DNA of 64,000 nucleotides from Podarcis pityusensis (taxonomy: Eukaryota). The translations under genes and the position numbers were made by a program. How positions within the stretch are numbered: the first letter of the stretch is position 1; the number at the start of each line of letters is the position of its first letter. Location: assembly GCA_964106645.2 (NCBI GenBank), contig OZ067038.1; one strand, given 5' to 3'. Shown in pieces: positions 1 to 12,140 of this stretch. The notes under the pieces are model-generated. The model saw only the letters and a list, made by a program, of their open reading frames with translations. It was not told where the DNA came from and ran no database searches.

Positions 1-2277
1 ACATAAATCTTAGCACCATTACGACTAATGAAATAAAATGAGGTATACTGTACTTCTGATGCATTTATTTGGGAATAAACATCATTTTGTGGTAGAAAAT
101 CAGGACTATTCCAGTCATAAGGCAGAATAAGACAATTTTCTCCAGTGGTGGGTTTCCCTGGGATGCTTACTTCCCACATTATTACCCGCAACACAAGACA
201 AGGCTCTCCTCCACCACTGTCAATTCCATATTCTCCTTCCTGCCTCACATCACTTTGCGAAAGGACACAGAATAGGTCCTTCTTCAGAACCGAGGCATTC
301 TGGGTGAGATGGCTAGGAGAATGTTTGCACTGCTGCCACAGTTTGGTAGATTTTCTTAAAAATATATTAAAAAAACACAAATTCAGAGGTTACAAAGCTA
401 CCTGCTGCAGAAAACTAGGATGGCATTAGCAGGCTTTTGCCCAGAAGGCCAGACTCTGAAGAAGGATCCCCACTGAAAGTGCTGTTGTGGTAGCAGGACC
501 TGTTGAGTTGCTAGCTCAACAACTTAGTTGAATCCAGACCATGGTTTCTAAGTGCCTCATGGACATGGCTGGAAGGGATGTTTGGTGGAGAGAGAATGAA
601 CACTATCGAAACTGAGTGTATATGGGGTATGAAAGAAGGATGTCAATCTTTACCTCCATTAGTAAGAGATGGAGAGGAGATGCAGATGATTGCTGGGAGG
701 GTAGCCTGCCACAAGCAAGAGGTTTGGTTACCATCTAATGCATTCAAAGTTAATTATGTTGGACCTCTGTGGAATGCTTTTTTTTTTTTTAATGGCAATC
801 TCCCCCCACCCCATTTTATCACTGTGTTAGGTATTATTCTCCCTGCTGTTCAGTTTTAAGCTGTTAAACTAGGGTAGTTTATTTGTATTGTTTATGCAAA
901 GACTGATTTATTTATTTATTACAATTACTTATTATTAGTTCCTGAATCATTGTTTTCTAATTATTTCTGTTTAAAAATTGTTATATTTGTTAATCTGATA
1001 TCTTGTGAGCTTCACTGGGATCAATTTTGTGGGAAAGTGGCATACAGTAAGACCAACGATGGTGATGATTAAGTGTCCCAGGGCCATGACAGGATTTGAG
1101 ATTGGCTGCCTTCTCACTCTCATAGGCCACCAGCTTAACATCACAGCCAAGATGAGCAGCCCTGGAAATACTGGGTGGAATTCAGCATTGCACTAAGGAG
1201 ATGAACACAAGCATTTTTACTTGCCCAATGGAGTGATCTGCCCTCTCCTCCCTCTGCATGTTGATCAAAGCATTCTCCTAACCCTCCTAAGCAGATTTCG
1301 GGTGGGCACAGGGGGACTCATGGTGCTGGCTTTTGCTGGCCCAACAACTTAGCTGAATTTGGCCCATAGATTAGAAATGTAAACCCCTGTTCTTGTTTCA
1401 GAGGAATCCTATAGTGGAACAGGCCATGCTGGGCATCAAAATTCAAATACTTTTTCTGTTCTCTAGGAAATTCAATTTAGTTCATTTCACCAGGGCTGAA
1501 GATGGAGGCGAGGGAGAGATCTCTCTCCTGTCAGGAGAAAGGAGGAAGAAAAGAAATTTATCCCTGGTCTTTCCTCCCCGTACAAGCTGCTGATGCTTTT
1601 TAGCTCGCTCTTTTGCTGTGCACTAGGGACTAGGCCAGTGATACAGTGATCTAGTTTTCTCAATTGCCTTCTGGGTATCGCAGCTTCCAAATATGGAGCA
1701 GTTTGACATTTTAGTGTGGTTCACTGGCTTCATGCCCAGGCTTACTAGATTGTTTTTTCTTTTTTCTTTTAATGTTACAGTACAGTGAGCCTAACAGCCA
1801 AATGCATGGCCTTCACAGAGCCTGCCTTTATTCACTTCAGCTTGAATGGACAGCTGTGCTGTTAGAAGAGAAGGCTGTGTAGATAGCCTGAACTAAATAT
1901 ATTCCTGTCCTGAAAGATTTTGAAATGGTGTATTTATTTTGACATCAGCTCTTGGCTCAGATTGATAGTTGTGAGATATCTGTGAGCCTTTCCCAGCAGG
2001 ATCCCACAACAATTATTTTTGGTTAGATTAAAGCTGCACCCTGGGAAATCTACACACCACTCTAATGATGGATAGCCCTGTTGCGGAGGCTGCTGCATTT
2101 TGAGCCTGTGAAGGAGGGGTATAGAAATCACAGGCACAAAATTCAGTTTTTCAGAAATTGTCTGAGGGTGCATGAGTTTGCTACCTTATTGAAGCTAAGG
2201 GTGCTGCCAGATGGAGTTGTGACTGTATATGTGAGATCAGTGCTCCTCATGCATGCATGAGTTACTGATATCACAAT

Positions 2278-2463
2278 AAAAAATTTAAAAATTATCCAGT
2301 AGCACCTTAGAGACCAAGTAAGTTTGTTCTGGGTATAAGCTTTTGTGTGGGTGCATACACATGAAAGCTCCATACCCAGAACAAACTTAGTTGGTCTCTA
2401 AGATGCTACTGGACAAAAAAAAAAATCCGACTGCATCAGACCAACATGGCTACCTACCTGAAT
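2278..2463. mobile_element. Short palindromic Penelope-like (pLTR-end) insertion
   Basis: Inverted arms (tccagtagcaccttagagacc.../...ggtctctaagatgctactgga) homologous to the ends of the Penelope element at 48.5-49.6 kb; 13-bp direct repeat ctgatatcacaat at 2265-2277 and 2464-2476 (TSD). Confidence 0.75.
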
Positions 2464-2526
2464 CTGATATCACAATGACAGCCCATGTTTTTCCTCATTT
2501 CATTCAGATTTAACCGTCTTCTCTAT

Positions 2527-2529
<3 letters not shown>

Positions 2530-2557
<28 letters not shown>

Positions 2558-4207
2558 ATTATTTATACCCCGCCCATCTGGCTGGGTTTCCCCAGCCACT
2601 CTGGGCGGCTTCCAAAAGAATATTAAAATACTATGTTACATCAAACATTAAAAGCTTCCCTAAACAGGGCTGCCTTCAGATGTCTTCTAAAAGTCTGGTA
2701 GTTGTTGTTCTCTTTGACATCTGGTGGGAGGGCGTTCCACAGGGCGTTCCACTACCGAGAAGGCCCTCTGCCTGGTTCCCTGTAACTTGGCTTCTCGCAG
2801 TGAGGGAACCGCCAGAAGGCCCTCGGTGCTGGACCTCAGTGTCCGGGTAGAACGATGGAGGTGGAGACGCTCCTTCAGGTATACTGGACCGAGGCCGTTT
2901 AGGGCTTTAAAGGTCAGCACCAACACTTTGAATTGTGCTCGGAAACGTACTGGGAGCCAATGTAGGTCTTTCAAGACCGGTGTTATATGGTCTCGGCGGC
3001 CGCTCCCAGTCACCAGTCTGGCTGCTGCATTCTGGATTAGTTGTAGTTTCCGGGTCACCTTCAAAGGTAGCCCCACGTAGAGCGCATTGCAGTAGTCCAA
3101 GCGGGAGATAACCAGAGCATGCACCACTCTGGCGAGGCAGTCCGCGGGCAGATAGGGTCTCAGCCTACGTACCAGATGGAGCTGGTACACAGCTGCCCTG
3201 GACACGGATTTAACCTGTGCCTCCATGGACAGCTGTGAGTCCAAAATGACTCCCAGGCTGCGCACCTGGTCCTTCAGGGGCACGGTTACCCCATTCAGGA
3301 CCAGGGAATCCCCCACACCTGCCCGCCTCCTGTCCCCCAGAAACAGTACTTCTGTCTTGTCAGGATTCAATCTCAATCTGTTTGCCGCCATCCATCCTCC
3401 AACCGCCTCCAGACACTCACACAGGACTGTCACCGCCTTCACTGGTTCTGATTTGAAAGAAAGGTAGAGCTGGGTATCATCTGCATACTGATGAACACCC
3501 AGCCCAAACCCCCTGATGATCTCTCCCAGCGGCTGCATGTAGATGTTGAAAAGCATGGGGGAGAGGACAGAACCCTGAGGCACCCCACAAGTGAGAGCCC
3601 AGGGGTCTGAACACTCATCCCCCACCACCACTTTCTGAACACGGCCCAGGAGGAAGGAGCGGAACTACTGTATGACAGTGCCCCCAGCTCCCAGCCCCTC
3701 AAGACGGTCCAGAAGGATGTTATGGTCGATGGTATCAAACGCCGCTGAGAGATCCAGCAGAACTAGGAAACAGCTCTCACCTTTGTCCCTAGCCCGCCGG
3801 AGATCATCAACCAATGCGACCAAGGCAGTTTCAGTCCCATGATGAGGCCTGAATCCCGATTGGAAGGGATCCAAATGGTCCGCTTCTTCCAGGCGTGCCT
3901 GGAGTTGTTCAGCAACCACTCGCTCAATCACCTTGCCCAAGAATGGAAGATTTGAGACTGGGCGATAGTTGGCCATCGTGGCCGCATCTAAAGATGGTTT
4001 TTTAAGAAGCGGTTTAATAACCGCCTCTTTCAGCGGGTCTGGGAAGGCTCCCTCACGGAGGGAAGCATTCACCACCCCACGAAGCCCATCGCCCAGCCCT
4101 TCCCGGCTAGCTTTTATAAGCCAGGATGGGCAAGGATCAAGGAGACAGGTGGTTGGTTTCACTCGTCCAAGCAGCCTGTCCACATCCTCGGAGGTAACAA
4201 AATCCAA
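2530..4207 (-). mobile_element. 5'-truncated L2-clade (CR1-group) LINE, RT domain and 3' end with (TAA)n tail
   Basis: ORFs 3665-4207 and 2687-3631 are in one frame separated by one TAG; RT motifs YRPVSNL, QSGFR, LLDLSAAFDT, GVPQGSVLSP, YADD, SRLDYCN, LHWLP; (TAA)n at 2530-2555. Confidence 0.9.
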
Positions 4208-4214
4208 TAATATT

Positions 4215-4730
4215 CGAGGGAGCTTGCCTCATACCAAGTCCAACAATTGATCTATATAACTCAGTACTGTCAACCTGGGGACGCGGGTGGCACTGTGGGT
4301 TAAACCACAGAGCCTAGGACTTGCCAATCAGAAGGTCAGTGGTTCGAATCCCTGCGACGGGGTGAGCTCCTGTTGCTCGGTCCCTGCTCCTGCCAACCTA
4401 GCAGTTTGAAAGCACGTCAAAGTGCAAGTAGATGAATAGGTACCACTCCGGTGGGAAGGTAAACGGCGTTTCCGTGCGCTGCTCTGGTTCACCAGAAGCG
4501 GCTTAGTCATGCTGGCCACATGACCCGGAAGTTGTACGCCGGTTCCCTCGGCCATTAAAGCAAGATGAGCGCCACAACCCCAGAGTCTGCCACGACTGGA
4601 CCTAATGGTCAGGGGTCCCTTTACCATCTACTCTGGCTGACAGTGGCTCTCCACCATTCCCAGCCCTACCTGGAAATGGTAGGGATTGAACTTGGGACAA
4701 TGATCTTCCACTGAGCTACAATTCTTTCTC
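4215..4730 (-). mobile_element. Old tRNA-derived squamate SINE (Squam3-like) split by a Sauria SINE
   Basis: 4215-4275 and 4628-4730 match consecutive parts of the SINE family seen at 4816-5001 and 57810-58001. Confidence 0.5.
4277..4625 (+). mobile_element. Sauria SINE (Squam1)
   Basis: ggggacgcgggtggcactgtgggttaaacc head, B-box-like ggttcgaatcc, 3' end ggggtccctttacc; close match to the copy at 50937-51290. Confidence 0.9.
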
Positions 4731-4815
4731 CAACTCAATGTTCTGGTCACTACTAGACTCTGGGGCCATGGCACCCCCACTCATCTCCTCTTCATTTCAA
4801 TGTCCTCTGAGCAAT

Positions 4816-5001
4816 AACACAGGAGGCTGTGAATGAGCCGGGCCATTGGTCCATCTAGCTCAATATTGTTTACACTAACAGGCAGCAGCTCTTCAAGATG
4901 TCAGGTGGAGTCTCTCCCAGTTCCTATCTGGAGACAGCAGGGACTTAAACTGAGACCTTTTGAATGCAAAGATACCCTGCCACTGAGCTAAGGCTCTTCC
5001 C
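4816..5001 (-). mobile_element. Squam3-like tRNA-derived SINE
   Basis: Reverse-complement similarity to 57810-58001 (ggtccatctagctc...cactgagcta). Confidence 0.6.
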
Positions 5002-6165
5002 ATCTGGTATTTTCTCATTCACCCCTATTGGAACCATGGCCTAGGAAAGGGTATTGCTTTTATTTATGACCGTCATTTTCCCTACTGCTGTGTAAAATCC
5101 CTAGAAAATGTACATTTTCTGGAAGTCCTCTGTGTATATAGTTAGTTCCTGGGTCAAGGGGAAGTAATTGAAGAGGGAGCTTCCTGTAGAGGTAAGTGAA
5201 AGCAGGAAGCCAGGGAAAAGAAAAAGCTGTTCATGTGACCTTTCATCTCAGATAGCTCCCTTTTTCCTCAGCTCATATAAATAGACACTGCTGGTTGCTA
5301 TACAACCTTCTGGTTTAGCCACATTGGAATGCTTGCCATTATGGTTGGACAGAATAATATAAATAGCTATTAAGAGGAAGATGGAATTGGTAATTTTAGG
5401 AGGACACTGAAGGCTGAACACCTACCCAGTCACGCAGCGCAATCCTATATGTCCACCCAGAAATAAGCTCCACTGTGTTCAGTTTTCCAGCTGTGTATAG
5501 GATTGCTTTATCCTCAAGTACCTGGAGGTGATTTCTCTGAGGTGGTCAGAAGTGACTGGTGTCACTCCTTGGGACTGTTAGGATGGAAGGCAGGGAGACC
5601 AATAGTAAGTGGAGCCAGAGCCAATAAAAGACAGTCAACTGATTGTAATTTTATCCCCATCCTCCTCACTGCGGATTTCTGGAGGAGAAAGCAAGGTTAG
5701 CCAAAGTTGTGTGCCCCTCAGATGTTTTGGTCTACAAAACATCAGCCTCAACCAAAATGGCCATTGGAGAGGGATAGTGAGAGTCCACAACATTCAGGGT
5801 TAGCCGGGATTTACTGTTGGTGAGCGGACCTGAGTGAAGCCTCCCTCCCTCAGGTCCGCTCGCCAAGCCATGCCCCCTTGAGGCCACTGTGGATTAGCTC
5901 ATTTGAATCAGTGGGCTTGACAGGGACCCGTGAGCCTCTGCAGAGGCCGAGGGGGACGTGCGGCACACAAAATGGACCGTTGTGTCTGGGCAGCAAGGGA
6001 GGGAAGGCTGCAACCACCGCTCACCGAAGAGGATCGGTAAGCGGCCATTATTGGCACAGCTAGCTCTGGTCCAAAACTGTGTTTTGACAGGATTATTCTA
6101 TTATGTGGTGAATTGAAACTCAATTACTCAAATCCTTTCTTCTGTGCCCTCCCTTTCTTATCCAG

Positions 6166-6318
6166 GTGTCATCATGGGCGCATTGTGTGGGGCACTTCTT
6201 CGCATGGCAGCACCTATTAATCCTGATGTCATCATGTTGATAGCCTTCCCAGGAGATATCCTGATGCGGATGCTAAAAATGTTGATTCTTCCTTTAATTA
6301 TCTCAAGCTTAATCACAG
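6166..6318 (+). CDS. SLC1A2: SLC1A2 exon 3 (153 nt)
   Basis: tccag|...|gtgaga; (G)[50 protein letters not shown] matches EAAT2 TM1-2. Confidence 0.97.
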
Positions 6319-6985
6319 GTGAGATCTGTTCTAAACAATTAGAAGGTTAATCTTTTGTGAGAGATTAAGACCTATAGAGTCATGTTCACAGCTTTATACA
6401 CTCTCATAACAGTGTGTGTGTTCTTCATATTAGCGTACCGGTATTAGCCTTGAAAATTGTCTCCAAAACACCACTAAGTAACTCCTTGTGCAAGAGGAAC
6501 AACTTCTGCTTGTGCAACAGGACTTTCTCCTTCCCCTCACTCTGTGCACTTGCTAAATCTTTTCTGAAGCTCCTCCCAACTCTCCAGAGTTGGAAAAAAC
6601 TCCAAAGTCCGCAGTTGTGTACTACCTTTATTAAGATCAATTGAAAGGATTGCAAAATTTTGGCAAGCTTTTGAGTTTGCCAGAACACTTCATCAGGCAA
6701 GATGTTACACAAATATGTTACATCTAGACATCAGGGTTATAAGTCGGGATTTATTTTCTCAAGAAGAGTGAAAGCAGCCATTGATTCTTTATCCCAGAAT
6801 CTTCAGTGTGTAACCTTATGGATGTAGTACCTGTGCGGGACTTACTCAGCCTGTGATCTCCATCTTAGAACTGTGTGCAAGCTGACCTCATGGTTTTAAT
6901 AGCCAGAGTAGTTGTTCTACCCTCTTCCCATCGCTCCCTGCCTGATGTTTTCATATGCGTCCAAACTGCAGAACAACATCTTTAA

Positions 6986-7357
<372 letters not shown>

Positions 7358-8069
7358 TAAATTTAGCTTGTTTTATACTTATCAGTACAAAATAACAAAT
7401 ATCAGTGCTTCTACTGAGTTCCTCATTCTTTGCACTGTTCAGTTTGCATTGTAGTTTATTTTAGTGCTTCATTCTTGATAAAAACATTCTTCAGTTTTTT
7501 CTTTACTACTCCATATAGCTTCAGAATTTATTTTTGTTTCCCTGCAGCTTTAAAAGTCTGTCTTTTGTGTGGAAGGAGAGGAGAAGCACAGAAATACTTT
7601 TGATTTCCATGCCATTTGCCGAGCTTTTCAGTTAAAGATTTTCCGTCAATGAACATGCGCTCTGAACTAATTTGCCTGGTTTTAATTAAAGTCAGTTAAG
7701 CTTAATATGATTAGCTTTGATTGGATCCAGACCTGCCCTATCACTAGGCAGAGTGAGGCAGCCAATTCTGAGCATCGTGGAAGGGCAGCATATTGCTAAT
7801 GATCTAATTTATTATTATTGTGTTTGTATTGCCAGACTGGAGGTGAAGTGTTTGTGAGGGTTTTTTTCTGCCTTAGGTAACTAAATAACTTCACAGGTCT
7901 GGTGTACTTGGAGGGCAGGCAGGCCCAGTTGCTTCCCGGGCAGCAAAATGTCTTGGGCCATACATATCTGACCAGAGCATGCTTTATATCTTACTCCACA
8001 CAGACATTTATTTTTCATGTATTTCAGTTAACAGGGCTGGGAATACGGTATATTCTTATTATTTTTATT

Positions 8070-8520
8070 TTTATTTTTTAAAAAAAATAATTTCATTTAT
8101 AAAGAAATAAAGTGATAAGAGAAAAAGAAACGAAGGGTTTGGAAAATAAAACTGCAGAAAGTACAGTGTAATACAATTAGTAAAATCAATTACATTTCCA
8201 CATATTGGTATATAGATATAAACAATATTAGTATCTTACTACATATGTGGTTATTAATAGCCTACTGCATTCTGTATAAACTCATAACAAATGTCAATAT
8301 GTTCATCCAGACAAAGCCTGTGTCTATAAGCAATCCATTCATAAGTTGTGAGTGTTGTCAGGTTGTCAATCCATTGATTAAAAGGGATCATATCTTTATT
8401 CTTCCAATTCATCACTATCAGTCTCTTAGCCAGCATTAGGGCACATGGAATCCATTTTTGTTGTCCCATTCTCTGCTTCCATGTAATAGGAATATAATTT
8501 AAAAGAATGTTCTCTGAATT
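8070..8520 (-). mobile_element. Degraded L1/Tx1-like LINE 3' fragment
   Basis: ORF 8254-8469 (ALMLAKRLIVMNWK...PFNQW) resembles a non-mammalian L1 ORF2 C-terminus; A-rich end near 8060-8100. Boundaries approximate. Confidence 0.55.
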
Positions 8521-9463
8521 TTTTTAACTTTTTCCGTACAATCATATTTATATAGTCCAGCACTTTCTCCCAGAAGTTAGTAATTATAGAACACTGTAAA
8601 GACATAAAGAGGCATAATCCTTATTTCATCTCCAGCAAATAACCACTTTAGGGCTGGGGATATATTATAATTATTCGTACAGAAATATCTGTAAAATCTG
8701 ATGCGTTGAAGGCTGTTTCTATTCTTCAGCACATTGCTTAGAGAATACAATGCCACCGTGACCACTGTTGCACGGGAGGAAACAATTTGATGTCTGGAAG
8801 AAAAGTGCCCAAGCAGTCAAAAGTTCTTGGCACTGAGCAAACCTATGGTGGGTGTATTCACCTACTTAGGGGTGAGGCATGTCACAGGGTGATTGCTGGG
8901 GAGGGAAGGAAGTTTTTCCTGCAGTTGCCTATTCTACTCTTACTAAGTAGATAAACATTTCAGGCTGTAGTCATATTTCATCAGAAAAGTATATTAATAT
9001 GATTTTTTAAAGGGTGGTATGAATGTTAGCCATGTTGTTCATGCTTTCAGCTCTACACACATGTATGAGCAGCCTTTTTCCTGAAGCTAAATTATTTGAC
9101 AGTTACACAGACCTTTTTTTTTTTAATGATCCAAGCAAGATCCACTGCCAATCCTTTGCTAAGTATGCCTGAATGGCACCATTTAAAGGATTTTAAGTGC
9201 TATGTTATCTGATGTCGTAGCTCTAGGCTGTACCGTGTGGGTGGGGAGCAGAGGAAGGACAGGACCACATAGGGAGACAGATGCAAACTGCTGCAGAACT
9301 AAGCTAGCTGCATTTTCCCTCTCTCTTACCTTGCACCCAAGAGCACCTAAAAGCCCAGTCCTAAACTATGTTTACCAAAAAGTAAAGTTAACAGATTATA
9401 GTGGGGCTACCTTCCATGTAAACGTGCTTAGAATTGTAATCAAATCTGAGTAGCTTTAAAGGG

Positions 9464-9955
9464 CATGTTTATTCGATATACCATCAAAAGAAGAGTCAAA
9501 TATGTAGAGGCAGTACGTTCCCAAAATTAGAACAGCATGCATTAAACGCTGAAATGAACTCTTCCTTTCCAGCTAATTGTATTTTACTGAAAGTGATAAC
9601 TGGGCCCCTCGATGGGTAGAAAGCTGAGGAATGGGATAGTGGGCTGAAAGGGGAGCAAGTAGCTAACTTACATTAGACCCATCAGTCCTTTTATCACCCT
9701 CCCGGTGCTTATAATATTGAAAGACATGTTTATTCACGGTATCATCAAAAGGAGAGTCACATGGGTAGACAGTGTGTTCCAAAAAGTAGAACAATGTGTG
9801 TTCTGTTGCGCTGGTCTCTCCCTTTCCAGTTAATTGTGCTTAACAGGATGTGGGAATCGCCCCCTTGACTGGTAGAAAGCTGAAAGACTGGCTAAATGGG
9901 CTGACTGGGAAGCAAGCTACTAACTTCTTATATTGGCACTCTCACTCCTTTTATA
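9464..9955. repeat. Diverged ~260-bp tandem direct duplication
   Basis: catgtttattc...catcaaaag.agagtca...agaaagctga...ccttttat occurs at ~9464-9700 and ~9725-9955. Confidence 0.75.
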
Positions 9956-10081
9956 AATCTCAGGGCGATTGTAATGTTAATGTCTTCTGGCAAGCAGCTC
10001 CTTTCAATTACTTCACTATTTTTTTGAGCTTTCTTTGTTCGTCGGCAGTCACTTCGGTCAAGTATTTGTTAAGGTTAAGAT

Positions 10082-10155
10082 GGATAGCTCAGCTGGTTAA
10101 GCATGACACTCTTAGTCTCAAGGTGGTGGGCGTGAGCCCCACGTTGGGCAAAAGA
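10082..10155 (+). mobile_element. tRNA-derived SINE head
   Basis: A-box-like tagctcagctggtt; ends ccccacgttgggcaaaaga, the same family as 30573-30706. Confidence 0.55.
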
Positions 10156-10346
10156 CCACAGTCATGGACCTAACTTAGACATGTTTATTAATGTCAATGG
10201 GTCTACTCAGAGTAAAAGCTAGCAGAATACTACTCCCTGCCCACACTGAGTGTCAGCCACGATCTACAGAAGTGGGGAAAGACAGGCTTGGCCTCGGATC
10301 CAGGTTCTGTCATGTGGTGGCATTGGTTGTGATTGCTGCAGCAGCC

Positions 10347-10597
10347 AGGGGCGTTCTGAGGCGGGGGCAGCACGCCCCGGGTGTCATTCCAAAGGGGGGG
10401 GAGACAAAATGCCGACCTCTGATTTGCGGCACCTCCCAGGGCGTGCGCTGCTCACCGCACGCCCCCCAGGCGTGCACCACGCCCCCCGGGCAGCTCACCA
10501 TACCCCTGGGACGTGCACCATGCCTCCCGCGGTGGCGTGCCATGCCCCCTGGGACGAGTGCCGATCCGGGTACCAGAGCAGGTTGCTCCGCCTCTGG
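10347..10597. mobile_element. GC-rich probable non-autonomous DNA transposon
   Basis: Abrupt GC-rich island with imperfect inverted ends (ccaggggcg / cgcctctgg). Confidence 0.35.
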
Positions 10598-11917
10598 CGG
10601 CAGCTGTAGACTGGCACAACTACCTGTTTCCCCAGCTCCACCTCCAGCCTGCATGCTTGGCTGGGCTCTGGATATGATGGTTGTCACAACCCCTTCTATT
10701 GGGTTGCGTCTGTGGTAAGGGTTAGAGTTGAGCCGTTAGCTTTCATTGGCATTTACTCACAGGTCAGCGTGTTTGCAGCCCTAAGCAAGTGGCAGCCCAA
10801 CAAATAAAATTTGCATTTCGACCCCTTTTTAACTCCAGAATTTTACTTATATTAAAATAAAAGAATCCCTTGCCGTACGTACCATCTTATGAACCTTCTT
10901 AAGACAGACATTAGGCCAAATGGCTAAATTTCTTTCTTCTGGGCCTATGAATTTGCCAATCTATACAACCATGTTTTATCTGATCATGTATACAATTTTA
11001 CCTGTACGTAAGGAAAAGGCTTATTGGATCCTTTCTAGGAAAGATGTTAGATTCAGCTTGGTGGCCAACAGAGGCCCATCATGTGCACTCTTACTGCCAG
11101 TCTACACAATAGCTTTCATTTCTTACATTAGTTTTCATAGTGGTGGCTGCAGAATCCTGGAGTACTTTCTAGGGTCCCTCAACACGAAAAACAACTTCCT
11201 TGCCTTATCAGTTCACCTGCAGGGACAGTGATGTACAACAGGCTCAGTATTCTGTATGAACTGAGTGTCACCCTTGAACTCTTCCAAGAATCCTGTGTCA
11301 GCACGAAACCCTCCTTGAAGCTCAAAAAGTTGAGAATTGTGGTTTTAGAAAAATCCAAGAATAACAGTACTTGCCTCCTGCAGGTAGACATACCTGTCAA
11401 CAGTGGCAGCCAGTGAGGTCGTTTGTTAGGGGGGGGAAATACTATTGCTGGTGGTTGCAAAGCAGTAGAGGGAGAAAGGGAATTTCCACTTTTACCTTTT
11501 GGCACCAGGAACTGGAGGTAGGGATTGGTCTGGGCCCTAGACATTTTGTTGCCTGAGGGAAATGGAAATGCCACAGCAAGCTGGGTTACAAATACCCATT
11601 ATTAAGATATTTTGACATGTGAGACTGAATATTCTACAAGCATCTCTCCCTTTCTGACTGTAGAAATACAATAAAAAAAAAAGAAATAGCTAACCACTTG
11701 TTGCCATTTCATGAGGGACAGGTGTTTACTCTGTCTAATGTTAGGGCCAGATGGTGCAATTGCTGAATGGATAATTCCTCAGATTTGAGTGAAGGGTGCT
11801 GACGTCAGCAGGGGTAACTCCACTCTGTAACTCTGCACTTGCATATGACTGACAGTGGGACTTCCCACCTCCTCCGGTGCCTAATGGTAAGGCTCTAGCA
11901 CAACTTTTAATATTATA

Positions 11918-12140
11918 CAGTGGTGCCTCTGGTTACGAACTTAATTCGTTCTGGAGGTCTGTTCTTAACCTGAAATCGTTCTTAACCTGAGGTACCATTT
12001 TAGCTAATGAGACCTCCCACTGCCGCCATGCCGCTGCACGATTTCTGTTCTCCTCCTGAGGTAAAGTTCTTAACCCGAGGTACTACTTCCGGGATAGCGG
12101 AGTCTGTAACCCGAGTTGTTTGTAACCCGAGGTACCACTG
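11918..12140. mobile_element. Tc1/mariner (Tigger/pogo-like) MITE
   Basis: TIRs cagtggt(g/a)cctc...gaggtaccactg flanked by TA. Confidence 0.85.

Noticed and set aside
4328-4627. ORFs inside Sauria SINEs (also 51044-51280)
   Set aside because: Non-coding SINE sequence.
10082-10155. tRNA-like sequences here and at 12368-12430
   Set aside because: Degenerate SINE heads with no proper cloverleaf.
10191-10718. Overlapping long GC-rich ORFs
   Set aside because: Explained by a GC-rich repeat insertion; no recognisable domain.
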